Of a stretch of DNA of 64,000 nucleotides, positions 13,811 through 27,232 are shown in pieces (position 1 is the first letter of the stretch; each line of letters starts with the position of its first letter). The position numbers and the translations under genes were made by a program. The stretch comes from Octopus vulgaris. Taxonomy: Eukaryota. The notes under the pieces were generated by a model. That model saw only the letters and a program-made list of their open reading frames with translations, was not told the DNA's origin and made no database searches. Location of the stretch: the NCBI GenBank assembly GCA_951406725.2, contig OX597814.1, positions 217,062,001 through 217,126,000 on the forward strand. The letters run 5' to 3'.

Positions 13811-14289
13811 GGGGTTTATGGATGGATGCTCTGCTAGTATGATTGATAAATTTTCAGTTGGTTCAATATAGTTAGGTTGGGTACTCCACAGACACTAGCA
13901 GAATCAGCACGACATGATTACACCTTTTGAATTACAGGTACGGCCAATCTGACAGGATGGTATACAGTTTTTGTTTGCTTATTTTCATTTGCATGACTTC
14001 AACTAACCCAAATCTATGGTAGAAAATGCTTGTGTACAGTGCTGTGCTGAAGCAGTGAACCCAGGATCCACAGTTGTAAAGCAAACTTCATAACCATTCA
14101 GCCATGCTCATGTCTGCGTGCACACACACACACACACACCATTTTTCTCAATACTGGTTCAAGAAAATTCTGCTCCTGTTGACAGTGATACAGAAACAGC
14201 AACAATGTGATGCTCTCTACACATACATGCTCACACACACACACACACAAGTGTGTGTGTTTGTGGGTGTATGTACACACATCTATATC

Positions 14290-14426
14290 TGTGTGTGTGT
14301 TTATATATGTGCCTGTATATGTGTGTGGTGTGTATAAAAATATGGGGGTTTATGTTTATATATATATATTATGTGTATGTCTGTGTGTTTTTAAATATAT
14401 ATATATATATATTATGTGTGTGCGTT

Positions 14427-14509
<83 letters not shown>

Positions 14510-14707
14510 TTATATATATAATGTGTATGTGTGTTTATATATATTATGTGTATGTGTGTTTATATATATTATGTGTATGTGTGTTTATATATATTATGTG
14601 TATGTGTGTTTATATATATTATGTGTATGTGTGTTTATATATATAATGTGTATGTGTGTTTATATATATTATGTGTATGTGTGTTTATATATATTATGTG
14701 TATGTGT

Positions 14708-14741
<34 letters not shown>

Positions 14742-14995
14742 ATATAATTTAATGAAGCATCCAGCCGTAGCTGCACAGCTGCTGTTAAACAAGACCTGAA
14801 CAATTATAGGTATATATCAGTTGTGAACTATTATATATATTATGTGTGTGTGTGTTTATATATATAATGTGTGTGTGTGTTTATATATATTATGTGTGTG
14901 TGTGTTTATATATATTATGTGTATGTGTGTTTATATATATATATATATGTGTGTAATTTAATGAAGCATCCAGCCGTAGCTGCACAGCTGTGTGT

Positions 14996-15069
<74 letters not shown>

Positions 15070-15162
15070 GTGTGTGTGTAAGTGTGTGTGTGTGTGTGTG
15101 TAAGTGTGTGTGTAAGTGTGTGTGTGTGTGTGTAAGTGTGTGTGTGTAAGTGTGTGTGTGTG
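14290..15162. repeat. Compound (TA)/(TG) microsatellite with 25-bp higher-order unit
   Basis: ATATTATGTGTATGTGTGTTTATAT repeated about 8 times, followed by long (TG)n with TAAG interruptions. Confidence 0.95.
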
Positions 15163-15411
15163 TTAATTATTGCTTATTGTCTTTTGTTGCAATTTCATTT
15201 AGGCCTAATTTATTAATTTGGATTGGAAGGGATAGATACAGAGTGAGAGAGTGGTGGTGGTGGGGCAGCTACATATAATGAGAAGGGAGAAAGAGAAGGA
15301 GAAAGAATGTGAGAGTGTGAGCATTTTGTGGTTATATACACACTTTTGTTTTGTAATTGTGGTGGAACATTCCCAGACCTTTTCAACTTCATTCTCTGCA
15401 AACATCTCTCT

Positions 15412-15617
15412 CTCTTTTACTCTTTTACTTGTTTCAGTCATTTGACTGCGGCCATGCTGGAGCACCGCCTTTCATCGAGCAAATCGACCCCGGGACTTAT
15501 TCTTTGTAAGCCCAGTACTTATTCATCGGTCTCTTTTACTGAACCGCTAAGTTACGCGGACGTAAACACACCAGCATCGGTTGTCAAGCAATGCTAGGGG
15601 GACAAACACAGACACAA

Positions 15618-15661
<44 letters not shown>

Positions 15662-15823
15662 GACAGGCTTCTTTCAGTTTCCGTCTACCAAATCCACTCA
15701 CAAGGCATTGGTCGGCCCGGGGCTATAGCAGAAGACACTTGCCCAAGATGCCACGCAGTGGGACTGAACCTGGAACCATGTGGTTGGTTAGCAAACTACT
15801 TACCACACAGCCACTCCTGCGCC
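15412..15823 (-). mobile_element. SINE family A, young, full length
   Basis: Near-identical reverse complement of 11823-12232. Confidence 0.92.
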
Positions 15824-16223
15824 TATCTCTTTAAAAAGAAAAGAAAATTACTGTATGATATGTATAAAATAATTCAGTAACTGATAAGGTGACCTAAAAT
15901 ATGTTCAGGTTGTGTGTAAAGCAGCTGAAGTTATGGTCAGATACTTCATTTAATTTGCAATGGAAAAAGAAACCCATTTGGCATCATTCTTCTGGTTTCA
16001 TTAGATGCAACTGAGATATGCTGAAACTCATTAACTTTGATTACCCCTTTAAGATTTTGATGTTTCAATGATTGATATTGTTGCTGTTTATCCCAGAGCC
16101 AGTTGTGATTGGGCAGACCCCCCTGATTAAAGGCATTCTAATTATGTTTACCCTGGGCTGACCTGGAGCTAAACAACAATATTAACAATGTTAATCCCAT
16201 CTAGAGCTTAAGTGCTACTCTAA

Positions 16224-16457
16224 TAAGGCAGTGAGCAGGCAGAATCGTTAGCACGCCGGGTGAAATGCTTAGCGGTATTTCGTCTGCACTACGTTCTGAG
16301 TTCAAATTCCGCCGAGGTCGACTTTGCCTTTAATCCTTTCAGGGCCGATTAAATAAGTCCAGTTACACACTGGGGGGGGCGATATAATCAACTTAATCTG
16401 TTTGTCTGTCCTTGTTTTTCCCTTCTGTGTTTAGCCCCTTGTGAGTAATAAAGAAAT
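16224..16457 (+). mobile_element. SINE family B (Nin/Deu-domain-like) with 13-bp TSD
   Basis: GAGTTCAAATTCC B-box-like motif and GTCGACTTTGCCTTT(C)ATCCTTTC..GATTAAATAAGT block; TSD AGTGCTACTCTAA at 16211-16223 and 16458-16470. Confidence 0.9.
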
Positions 16458-16567
16458 AGTGCTACTCTAAGTTACAGGCAAAAAAAAAAAATTTTTTTAA
16501 ACAATAGAGAGAGAGGGATGGGAGAGGGGGAGAAGAAAACCCACCTTAGTTGTCAATCTAGCTTTAA

Positions 16568-16796
16568 TCCTTTAGCATTTAATACTGTCAAATTTAATAC
16601 TTATCCATTCACATTGTTTTGAATTAATCATGCAGTATCCTGTAGCATTGAGATTTCAACGATGTGATTATTTACTCTGAGAATGACATTGTAGAGTAGG
16701 TGCAAGAAGCATGATCCGGCCAGTTTGAATATAAAACAGGCAGAATATTTGGACTGGATATTTGGGCTGGATATGGCTGGTTTAAATGCTACAGCG
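16568..16796. mobile_element. piggyBac-type MITE P1
   Basis: TTAA-flanked and colinear with 9185-9404. Confidence 0.8.
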
Positions 16797-17009
16797 TTAA
16801 ATATCCTGGAGGTACACTTCCCCTCTAATTGCACATGTGGTACATAGTAACTGGTAAATGTCTTATTAATTCACAGAGTTCAGTTCAAATCCTTTTCTGA
16901 ACTGTTGAAAAGTTCCATAATTGTCAAAAGAAAGAGAGATTTAGTTTTCATAAATATAAAATAGGATTATTCAATAACTCTCAAAAAACTTTGGGAGTGT
17001 GAATGTCAG

Positions 17010-17400
17010 TCACAGCTGTGTCGTTAAAAAGTTCACATTGCAACCATGGTGTTTTGGGTTCAGTTCCCACCGCGTGGAAACTTCGGCAAGTGTTTTCTAC
17101 TATAGTTCCAAGCCAACCAATGACTTTTAAGTGAATTTGGTAGACAGAAACTGTGGAAGCCTTTCATGTGTGTGTGTGTGTGTGTGTGACTTTGTAGTTA
17201 TGTTTCCCCCCACACCCACCCTACAGCTTGACAACCTATGTTTGCTTACATCCCCTGTAACTGAGCAGTTTGGCAAATAGAGACTAAAACAATAAGAACC
17301 AGACTTAAAAAGTATGGGGCTGATTAGTTCGACTAAAACCTTTGAAAGTGATGCTCCAGCATGGCCCCAATCTAATGGTTGAAACAAATAAAAGATGAAA
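17010..17400 (+). mobile_element. SINE family A, older copy
   Basis: All modules present but diverged. Confidence 0.75.
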
Positions 17401-17542
17401 GATGTTTCAATTTGGTTCCTTGTTATAGACAAATGTTGGTGAATAAATCAGCTTCCTTTTAAAACTAAGTCCACAGTTTGGTTTCAATACCTGGCTATGG
17501 CCATGTCACTTCATTTACATCATTTATGTTTCTGGGAAAGGT

Positions 17543-17760
17543 AAGGCAGTGAGATGGCAGCATTGTCAGCATCCTGGGCAAAATGGTGTTAAACATTTTG
17601 CCCATCTTTACATTCTGAGTTCAAATTCTGCTGAGGTCGATTTTGCCTATCATCCTTTTGGGACCAATAAAATAAGTACCAGTTGAGCACTGGGGTCAAT
17701 GTAATTGACTTACCCTTTCCCTGAAATTGCTGACCTTGTGCCAAAATTGGAAATCAATAG
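17543..17760 (+). mobile_element. SINE family B
   Basis: AAGGCAGTGAGATGGCAG head and GGTCGATTTTGCCTATCATCCTTTTGGGACCAATAAAATAAGTACC block. Confidence 0.8.
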
Positions 17761-18149
17761 CTCCGGTTCCATTTCATACATCCCACAAAATCTCCAGGAA
17801 GGAGAGAATAAAAATGAAATGAGGCAATTGGGAGCAGCTGTTTGTGTGCTGGCAATTTGGCACGGCTGACTGAACATTGAACTTGTTTTGGTGACAGTAC
17901 TTTTTGGCATTGGAGGCACTCACTCACACACACACTCGTAAGTGCGTGCACAAATATACACATACAGAGAAGGAGAGAATGAGACACTACAACTTATTAA
18001 CTGAACACTTTCCTTCTCCTCATACACATGAAGAGAAATATCTTCACACACAAACACAAAGAGAGATTAAGAGAAAGAAAGAGAGAATTAGGGAAACATT
18101 AAAAAGTTTAATATCAGATACACCAGTGTAGAATCAACAATGCCATATA

Positions 18150-18366
18150 TGAGGGGGTGCTGAAAAGTTCCTGGCTTTGGATAAGAGAAAATACAGGAGG
18201 ATCCGTTAATTATGATTTCATTTAACATATTCCGCTCTCAAATTCACAAACTTATTGCAGTGGTCCTTCAGTTTTTCCAAGCCCTATAAAAGAACTTGGA
18301 AGGATGGGCCTCCTACCAGGCCTTTCACAATACCCTTAAAGCTAGGAACTTTTCAGCACTTCCTCA
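18150..18366. mobile_element. mariner-type MITE
   Basis: TA|TGAGGGGGTGCTGAAAAGTTCCTGGCTTT ... AAAGCTAGGAACTTTTCAGCACTTCCTCA|TA. Confidence 0.85.
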
Positions 18367-18938
18367 TAAGTGGCAGCAAAACAGCTGTGCCTAAGAAAAC
18401 CATTCCATACATCAAGAGGGAAAACTATTCGTGAAGAGGGAAAATAATGGTAAAAAGAAGCACTTTAGAACATCTCTTGTCTTTGGTATCTCATATTCTG
18501 TTAACTAATGAATGAATTACACTAGTTTTATGAGATGGTGGGAAAAAGAAACTCCTTTAAAAGGGCATTTAAAGAGGTAGTTGTTTACAAAATTTTTAGA
18601 CATTAAAAAACTGATAAAGACAAACTGAAGATTCTACTTTTGTTGTTTTATTAAAGGGCACTAAACTGTAAATAAATTTTCTTGTCAAAGTAGTGTGTTT
18701 AGAGCTTGGTGTTAAGCTTATATGTAAACTTTATAACAAACTTAAGAACATTGCTTGTGTTCAAATATTGACTAAAATCCAAGGAAAATGAAAGATATTG
18801 CTGTCATTTTGAGATAAGAAGAGGAATGGCAAGGTTAAGTAAAATAAATCATTGTAAGTGCCAGGCTTCATAGATTTAGTGACCATACTTTGTAGATTAT
18901 CTTTAATACGTTATGTAAAGGAGAAGTATAGCATTCAC

Positions 18939-19193
18939 AGTGTGCTGTCCTTTAGTTCAGATGTGGCAGGGCTGACTACAGTATGTAACTGACAGAGGTG
19001 CATGTGTGTGTGTGTGTATGGTATATGTAAGCCTGACAGGTGTGTTTGTATGTATAGAATATATATACATAGTGAGCTGTCCTTTACATCAGATGTGGCA
19101 GGGTTGACTACAGTGTGTAATTGACAGAGGTGTGTGTGTGTTTTGTATATATGAGCCTGATAGGTGTGTTTGTATGTATAGAATAGATATACA
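18939..19193. repeat. Tandem duplication, two ~125-bp units
   Basis: AGTG(T/A)GCTGTCCTTTA..TCAGATGTGGCAGGG(C/T)TGACTACAGT... starts at 18939 and again at 19071. Confidence 0.85.
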
Positions 19194-20459
19194 TATATGA
19201 ATGTATACATGCATTCATGAATATGTGCATGCAGATACATATACATAGATGTATGCACATGTTTGTGTGTGTGTGTGTGTGTGTGGATATGTCAGTTAAT
19301 AGATTTGATAATGGACTTTAGGTGACATTTCCATAAAGAGGGTAGCATTTTTTGCAGTATTTAGGTGAGTCTTTGAAATAGTCATCCACTTCAACACCAA
19401 TCAACTTTTCTATACTGTCTAAATTGTAACTGTGTTTAACAGTATTTATAGTACCAATTACCTTGAATACTAATGACCTTAGAACCTTGAACCAAAAATC
19501 ACTGTCTTGAAAGACTGAGGTCATAGAATAAATTGACTTGCTGACATTTCACAGTTGTTAAAGCCCCAATTTTTATCAGCATTTCTTTGATAACTAACAG
19601 TAATCTGCACATAGATTATTGGTTTTGCTTAAAATAAATATATGTCTATATTGAATTTTCAGTAAAGGACTAAACATTTAGAGGTGTATTTCACAAAACC
19701 TTAGATAATGTAGATACTTCTTAATTTTGATGTTACTGTGAATACTTCCTCTTTCAAAAGTGTAAGTCAGTGTTTAACTTCAAAACCATTAAGCAAACTT
19801 ATGGCCTCTGTTATCTGAAGTTATCGTGAGTCATAAAAGTAATTGCTTTGTGATTTAGCAGCGGTGAATGAATGAATGAAATTGGGGGGGCCTCTGATCC
19901 ATGTGAGTACAGAAGAGCAGGATATTAGCAATTATTACATCTCAGATAGGTTAACAAGTTAAGTGATTAATCATGCTAATAATATTAGATTCTCTAAGGT
20001 TGAAATATTTATTGCAGATTACTTAAATATATTTTACTAGTTCAAGCTTAATTTGTATACAACCCATGAAAGTGAAAGAGTTTATTATTTTGACATTTTT
20101 TGAAAACTTGAAAGCAAAAAAATAACCAAAGTCACACAAACAGTTATATTTTATTAGTAGAGTAAATAATCAAAGAAATGTGTGAATGTGAAAGAGTATA
20201 TGTTGCTATTTCTGATGATGATCCTTTTTTCATGGAAACTGCACATCTTATAACTTTCCAAAGCTACGTATCAAAGACCAGGCTCCTTCTTCAGGGACAA
20301 AAAAGTTTTCATTCTTGTTCAGATGCTCTTCTACAAAGACTCACAGAAGAGTACCTCTCATATATCTAGGCTGTTGTTGCAGATACAAACACCCAACACT
20401 ATTAACAAGAAAATTCATCAACCTAATAAGCAAAGATTCACACACTAATATGTTACAAC

Positions 20460-20720
20460 CAGCGTTGGTGCTAGGAAGTGCAAGGCCCAATTAGAGAATT
20501 GTCAGTAGGGCCCTCTACTCCAAAAAAGCTGAAGATTGATGTTTTATGCTTTGTGTAATATGCCAGCCAAAAAGTACTGAAAGTTTGAGCCTCTACCATT
20601 AGCAACTATGATATACTAAAAAGTCAGCATAGCATCGTCTGCTTGAATGTGTGCTTGGAGCCCTCTCTTGGTACAGGGCCCAATTTGAACATTTGTCTAA
20701 TAGGCTTAAAATCGGCCCTG
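20460..20720. mobile_element. hAT-type MITE with 8-bp TSD
   Basis: Perfect TSD GTTACAAC (20452-20459, 20721-20728); ends CAGCGTTG / CGGCCCTG; internal GGCCCAATT subterminal motifs. Confidence 0.8.
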
Positions 20721-20810
20721 GTTACAACCACTAAGCTCATAGCCATATTAGTATCCTTCTTTCTCTATCTCTTCTACTGCTGTTACGATGACTTCTGCTC
20801 CTCTGAAACA

Positions 20811-21059
20811 CTGGGTTGGTGCATAATTATTGTGGATTTTTTTCAACAAATTTTATTCAACAAAAACAATAATATTTAACAAAGAACATCTTTAAGTGAC
20901 GGTCTGACCATCTGACAAGCAAATGGGAAGCAGTAATTAAAGTAGATGGGGAATATGCTCTGGAATAATCATTTAAAGATGTTTTTGTTACATATTGTTA
21001 TTGTTTTTGTTGAATAAAATTTGTTGAAAAAAAGCCACAATAATTATGTACCAACCCAA
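20811..21059 (+). mobile_element. mariner-derived MITE with ~80-bp TIRs and transposase C-terminal remnant
   Basis: TIR TGGGTTGGTGCATAATTATTGTGG...; core encodes DHLTSKWEAVIKVDGEYALE*, matching the mariner L..RW..V...DG.Y terminus. Confidence 0.85.
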
Positions 21060-21729
21060 TAAGTTTCATACCAATTCTATCCACCTCTTGCTTCCATGTT
21101 TCTTCCTATCTGCATCGTTATGTCTCACCTAACTTTCACATTAAATACCTTTCTTGATCCTTGTTTACTATTACTATAGCTACCTGGAACCCACTCCTCC
21201 TCTTTTAGGTTGTTTCTACAGTCATCAATATCAGCAATCTTACCAATCTGATAAAACTTTAAAAAAATAAACTAACAAACTATAGGTGCCCCAGCATGGC
21301 CACAGCTCAAGAGCTGAAACTGGAAAACATAAACATAAGCATCTGGAAAATACAGCATATCTTCATGCTGCTGGAGCTATTTCATTTTACTTGCAGCAAC
21401 TGAACATTTCATTCTACTTAACACACACATATACTAAATATTATGGGCTTTAGCCTACAAATTTGATTGTAGTCACTAACTTTGAAAGTTCTGTGAAATT
21501 GACCAACAGTTTGATTGATTACGAGGACAAAATTGGGAAGTAGTTTCCTCACAGTAGAACACACTCTCATAGTGCCACATCATAATCAAAGAGAAATTTC
21601 TCAGAGAGGCCATTCTTTAGAGAATCAATTTTTGGTGCTCGCCAACTAATTCTAGTGTGTGGCTCAGTCAAATTGTTATTAGTTAGAAATATGTGCTTTA
21701 TACAATGGAATTAAGTTGAATCCTTTTAA

Positions 21730-21946
21730 TAATGATTTCAAATTTTGCCACAAGGCCAGCAATTTCAGGAGAGGGGGTAAGTTGATTACATCAAGCTCAG
21801 TATTCAACTGGTACTTATATTATCAACCACAAAAAGATGAAAGGCAAAATCAACCTCGGCAGAATTTGAACTCAGAATGTGAAGACGGACGAAATGCTGT
21901 TAAGCATTTCGTTTGGCATGTTAACAATTCTGCCAGCTCACTGCCT
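21730..21946 (-). mobile_element. SINE family B
   Basis: Reverse complement of the 16224/17543 family. Further minus copies at ~29035-29212, ~37080-37285 and three tandem copies at ~47110-47642. Confidence 0.8.
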
Positions 21947-22627
21947 GAATTCTTTCAATAATGTTTTGAAACTAACTGAATTTCTTGGGTTGAGCTTAGT
22001 CGTATCTAGTGCCCATTATCATTGCAGGAACTCTGAGACTAGAGGTGAAAATGAAGAAAACATTTGATGGGTTGTGGCTAACCACTTCTTTGATTCCCGT
22101 AAATTACTCAGCAGAACAACACACAGAGCAGCCAGTTTTAGTTATATCTAGTAGCAAGAATCAACAGGAGAACTATTTCCATGTGTACTTTCTAACCAAA
22201 AACTGGCTCTATACTCGACAAAGTGCAGAAGAAGAAGCACAGCAAAATATCAAGTTCCCTTCAAACTGGAGACTTGGTCTGAATAATTACAGCAGAATAG
22301 ACTCTGCTGAAAGATACCCAAGGGCTGGGTGGTGGTGTTAAACAAATGAGGTCATTACTATTTTATTGTGGTATACTGTTGTTGTTGCTTTGTCCAAAGT
22401 TTTCCCTGATTAAGCAAACCTATGTTCAAAGGCATTCCACTCATGACCATCTTGTCTTTTTTACAGACAAAGAGTACCCTGGACCACAATATCCAATATG
22501 TTCTCTTTAGGACAGTAGTGTGCGATTTCAAGATTAGGCTGCTGTTTCTAGCAGGCTAAATGACCCTATAGCAGAGCCCCTTTGATGGCTCATCATGATA
22601 CAAGGTCTTTTACCATACTACAAGCAT

Positions 22628-22678
<51 letters not shown>

Positions 22679-23615
22679 TAACAATGATCTGAAGACAATA
22701 GATCACTCGAAGTATTCATTAGAATTAAAAATGCATTTTGCAAACTGCGTGATGTAATTAATGCCAGAATTAGATCTAATAGTAATGTGGTTGTTAAGTT
22801 ACAAAGAAAATAGAAAAAGTCCTGTTGTCAACAAAGGATTTCCCTCTTTGTGCACAAATGGAAAATGGTATAAAGTGTGTAGACATAGTGTCATGCTATA
22901 TGGCAGTTAAAGCAAATGAACAGGACATATAATGTTTGAATGCCAAACATACACACACACACACACACTAACACACCATGTTTCGTTTCTCTTTATCCTC
23001 TATGGCCTCCTTCAATCAAGGAAGGTTGCCATCTATATATATTTGTGCAATACTGAGCAAAGGAAGAACGGTAGTTACCCATGCAACTGTAGCCTTTCCA
23101 CTACACTGATGTTTAACCCAAAAGAAAGACCATGAAAGCTGAATAGAAACCTATTGTATATGTGTGAGCATATGTGAATATGTGAAACTTTGTTTGTTCC
23201 TCATTACTTGACAACCGTTGTTGGTTTGTTTATGTCCCAGTGAATTAGCTGTCTAGCAAAAAGAGATCAACAGAATAAGTGCCAAACTTAAAAATAATGA
23301 CTGAAAACAAAAAAAAAAAGTGTTCTGTTGCAGTCATTCAGTGAATAGATTTGTGATTACAGAGGTGAGAGATCTAAATCCATTGTCATCTGTCTAAACA
23401 CCAAAAACCCCTGGCCTTTCATTTGAATGCATTTGACAGAACACACTTTGTTATAAGCGCTGAGTGTTATATCTAAATGTTCCACTCTCTATTACAATAA
23501 TCAATGAGTCATGGCTTCTTTCTATCCTTTTTACTCCCACTCAAAAGTGCTTGAGCTCCGTTAAGGAAACAGTGGCCATAGGTGTTGTCCCTTGTTTGTT
23601 GACTAAGCTATTTAA

Positions 23616-23835
23616 TCCGTTAGCATTCAAATTACTCTGTCAAATGTAATACCAATTTGCTCACATTGTCTTCAATTATTCATGCCTTATCCAATGGCTT
23701 TGAGATTTCAATGATGTAATTGCATATTTTTAGAATGACATTGTAGGCTAGATCTGAGAAGCTACAGCTGGTGAGTTTGAACATAAAACAGGTCGGATAT
23801 TCAGGCCTGATATGGCCACTTTGAATGCTAAAGGG
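23616..23835. mobile_element. piggyBac-type MITE P1
   Basis: TTAA-flanked; CTAAAGGG|TTAA right end. Confidence 0.82.
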
Positions 23836-24615
23836 TTAAAAAATTATTTGAAATATGTCAAAAACATAATCTAGAAAAGAGGATCTAAAGAGCTGGACAT
23901 TGCCCAATATCCTAGATTAATCCTTTAACATGATGCCGGTGTTTTGTAACTGGCATGTAAAAAGCAACCACTACACACTTGGAGTGGCTGGCATTAGGAA
24001 GGGAATCCAGCCATAGGAACCGTGCCAAATAAGATTGGAACCTGGTACAGCTTACCAGTTTCAGTCAAACCGTCTGACCCATGACAGCATGGAAAATGGA
24101 TGTTAAATGATGAATACTCTGTCAAACATAGTGCTTGTTTCCTCCAATTGGTTTGAATGAATCATGTCTAATCTTGTAGCAACAAGATTTCAATGATATG
24201 ATTGTATATTTTTAGAATGACACTGTACGGTAGGTGTGAAAGACTGAATGTGGCCAGTGTGAACGTAAAACATGCGTAATATATGGGCCTGATGCTAAAG
24301 GGTTAATAAAAAACAGAAAGGAAAGACATCTTGGTCAGTGCAAATATAAACCATGTATCAAGAAATGGATCTCGTGTTGATGATGAGTCTTATCTTTTTG
24401 CAGTGTTGGTTTATTTACATCCCCATAACTTAGCAGTTCAACAAAAGAGATCAACGGAATAAGTACTAGGCTCAATTTGTTTGACTAAACCCTTCAAGGC
24501 AGGGCCCTAGCGTGACTGCAGTCCAATGACTGAAACAAGTAAAAGATAAAAGGTAAAAGCTTGGACCGCATCAACGCTATGAGAGCAAGAAGGCCTGTAT
24601 CAAAGAAACTATTAA

Positions 24616-25072
24616 CCCTTTAGTATTTAAACCAGGCCATATGCAGCCCAAATATCTTATCTGCTTTGTGTTCAAACTGGCCCGATCTGGCCTCTCACAC
24701 TTCCTCTGCATTGCCATTCTTAAAATAAACAATCACATCATTTAAATCTCAAAGCTATATAAGACAGTCATCATCATCATTGTTTAGCGTCCGTTTTCCA
24801 TGCTAGCATGGGTTGGACGGTTCTACTGGGGTCTGTGAAGCCAGAAGGCTTCATCAGGCCCAGTCAAATCTGGCAGTGTTTCTACGGCTGGATGCCCTTC
24901 CTAACGCCAACCACTCCGCGAGTGTAGTGGGTGCTTTTTACGTGCCACCCGCACAGGTGCCAGACAGAGCTGGCAAATGGCCACGAACGGATGGTGCTTT
25001 TTATGTACGTTTTATGTGTAGTGAATAAATAAGCATTGCATTTGACAGAATAATCTGAATGTGAAGGAAGGG
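24616..25072. mobile_element. piggyBac-type MITE P1 (reverse) with nested family C SINE (24768-25005, minus)
   Basis: TTAA|CCCTTTAG left end and AAGGG|TTAA right end; the SINE with (CAT)n splits the MITE. Confidence 0.8.
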
Positions 25073-25672
25073 TTAAATGTGATTGAACCCAAGACCACAT
25101 GTTTGTGAAGCCAACTTCTTATCCATTCAGCCACACCTGTGCCCAAACCATATGTTAAAACACACACACACACAAGCGAACAAAAGAAGGGAAACAAAAG
25201 AAAACAGATAGCTCATTAAGCAGCAGATGTACTTAATAAACTCTGCTGTAAGAAATGAGGTCAGTGGTCAATACTGTTACCAATGGCAAAATAGGTCGGT
25301 GGAGAGTGATGGGGTGGGAGAATTCCAGTGGAAATTTCAGGTGGAGTCTGTTTTAGCATAAAGCAACTACATGGTTTCTTACTTATGGCAGATAAGAAAA
25401 GTGTAAATGAGAAAAAAGGACTAAGGAAAAAAAAAATAACATTGGGGGGGGGTGGGGGTGAATCTACAATAAAAACTACAATGAAATTGAGTTCCATACT
25501 TAATTGCTTAATTGTTAAAGAAGAAAATCAAAGTTATTTGGTAATGTTTAGCAGAAACAGAGACCAATAGAATAAGCACCAGGCTTAAAAAATAAACACT
25601 GGGGTTGATTTGTTCAACTAAACACCTCAAGATGGTACCCCAGCATGGTCACAATCCAATGACTGAAACAAG

Positions 25673-26060
25673 GGCGCAGGAGTGGCCGTGTGGTAAGTAG
25701 CTTGCTAACCAACCACATGGTTCCGGGTTCAGTTCCACTGCGTGGCATCTTGGGCAAGTGTCTTCTGCTATAGCCCCAGGCCGACCAATGCCTTGTGAGT
25801 GGATTTGGTAGACGGAAACTGAAAGAAGCCTGTCGTATATATGTATATATATATATGTATGTGTGTGTGTGTTTGTCCCCCTAGCATTGCTTGACAACCG
25901 ATACTGGTGTGTTTACGTCCCCGTCACTTAGCAGTTCGGCAAAAGAGACCGATAGAGTAAGTACTGGGCTTACAAAGAATAAGTCCCGGGGTCGATTTGC
26001 TCGACTAAAGGCGGTGCACCAGCATGGCCGCAGTCAAATGACTGAAACAAGTAAAAGAGT
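25673..26060 (+). mobile_element. SINE family A, young
   Basis: Near-identical to 11823-12232; directly follows the tail of an older family A copy. Confidence 0.92.
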
Positions 26061-26319
26061 ATATATAAAAGATGTCTGCATAAAGTCAATAGATGAAGAG
26101 GATCAGTGGATGAATGGAGAAGCAGTGTTGCAGAATTTAGTTGTTTCTCTACAAACTCAATTTGAAGCACAAAGAGGTCAACTTTATTTTCCAACTTTTC
26201 ACAAAGTCAATAAAGTCTGAACCAGATAAGTATTGAAGCCAGTGTAATTGACAATTCACCATCCTTAGATGTGAGGTTTTGTGCCCAACATCAGAATTGA
26301 ATATACATCACAAATGCAC

Positions 26320-27180
26320 ATAACCTATATGAGTTGTGACGCACATACAATACATTCAGTCATTTTAACACACAGACACATACATACCTATTAGTTGTGT
26401 GACATACTTATAAACCTATTAGTTTATGACATATATATTCACAAAGAAAGACCTAGAAATTTTATATAAAACACACATTAGTTTTATAACACGCACCGAT
26501 GCCAAAATAGACAATTTTATAATATGCATACACCCAAACACACATCCTACTTATTAGTTTTATGTGACATGCACACTACAAAACCACAGAGTTGTTAGTT
26601 TTAAATCACACACACACACACACATACACACACCTACATGAAAGTTTTATAACATAAGCAGAGAACAATAAGTTTGAACACAAACATACACACACAGTGG
26701 AGGCGCAATGGCCTAGTGGTTAGGGCAGCGGACTCGCGGTCGCAGGATCGCGGTTTCGATTCTCAGACCGGGCGTTGTGTGTGTTTATTGAGCGAAAACA
26801 CCTAAAAGCTCTACGAGGCTCCGGCAGGGGGTGGTGATCCCTGCTGTACTCTTTCACCACAATGGCGGTGCCCCAGCATGGCCACAGCTCAAGAGCTGAA
26901 ACTGGAAAAACAAAAACAAAAACAAACACACACACATACATACATACAGAACTGTAAGTTTCATGACATAACTAGATGCATACATACACATTGCTATTAG
27001 CTTTATAAAACACCCTACACACTAGTGTTACAATACACCCTCAGCATTTGTCAACATATGGGTATGTCAGATATCATTTCATACACACGTACACAACCGT
27101 TGCATAACCCACATATGTAGCCGAGTTGGTTATAAAACACACACGTAATACATACACATATTGGTTTTATAACTTGACAC
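26320..27180. repeat. Cryptic degenerate minisatellite (CTATTAGTTTTATAACAC motif spaced by CA-rich runs)
   Basis: About 15 variants of (CT)ATTAGTTTTAT(A/G)ACAC at roughly 30-60 bp spacing; interrupted by a SINE. Confidence 0.6.
26697..26925 (+). mobile_element. SINE family D (tRNA head, short body)
   Basis: TGGCCTAGTGGTTAGG A box, GGTTTCGATTC B box, TTGAGCGAAAACAC CORE-like block, tail GTGCCCCAGCATGGCCACAGCTCAAGAGCTGAAAC + (AAAAC)n. Confidence 0.88.
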
Positions 27181-27232
27181 AGCTGCACCTGTTATATTGT
27201 TGTTCAATTGATTCACTTATTAGAATACTCAC

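Noticed and set aside
19318-19524. 68-aa minus-strand ORF with YCKKC motif
   Set aside because: No complete zinc finger in one frame, no splice signals, no recognisable family; at best a very decayed TE.
26697-26780. Possible tRNA gene (also 11823-11900 and 39545-39620)
   Set aside because: A/B boxes are present but there is no complete cloverleaf, and each continues into a SINE body.
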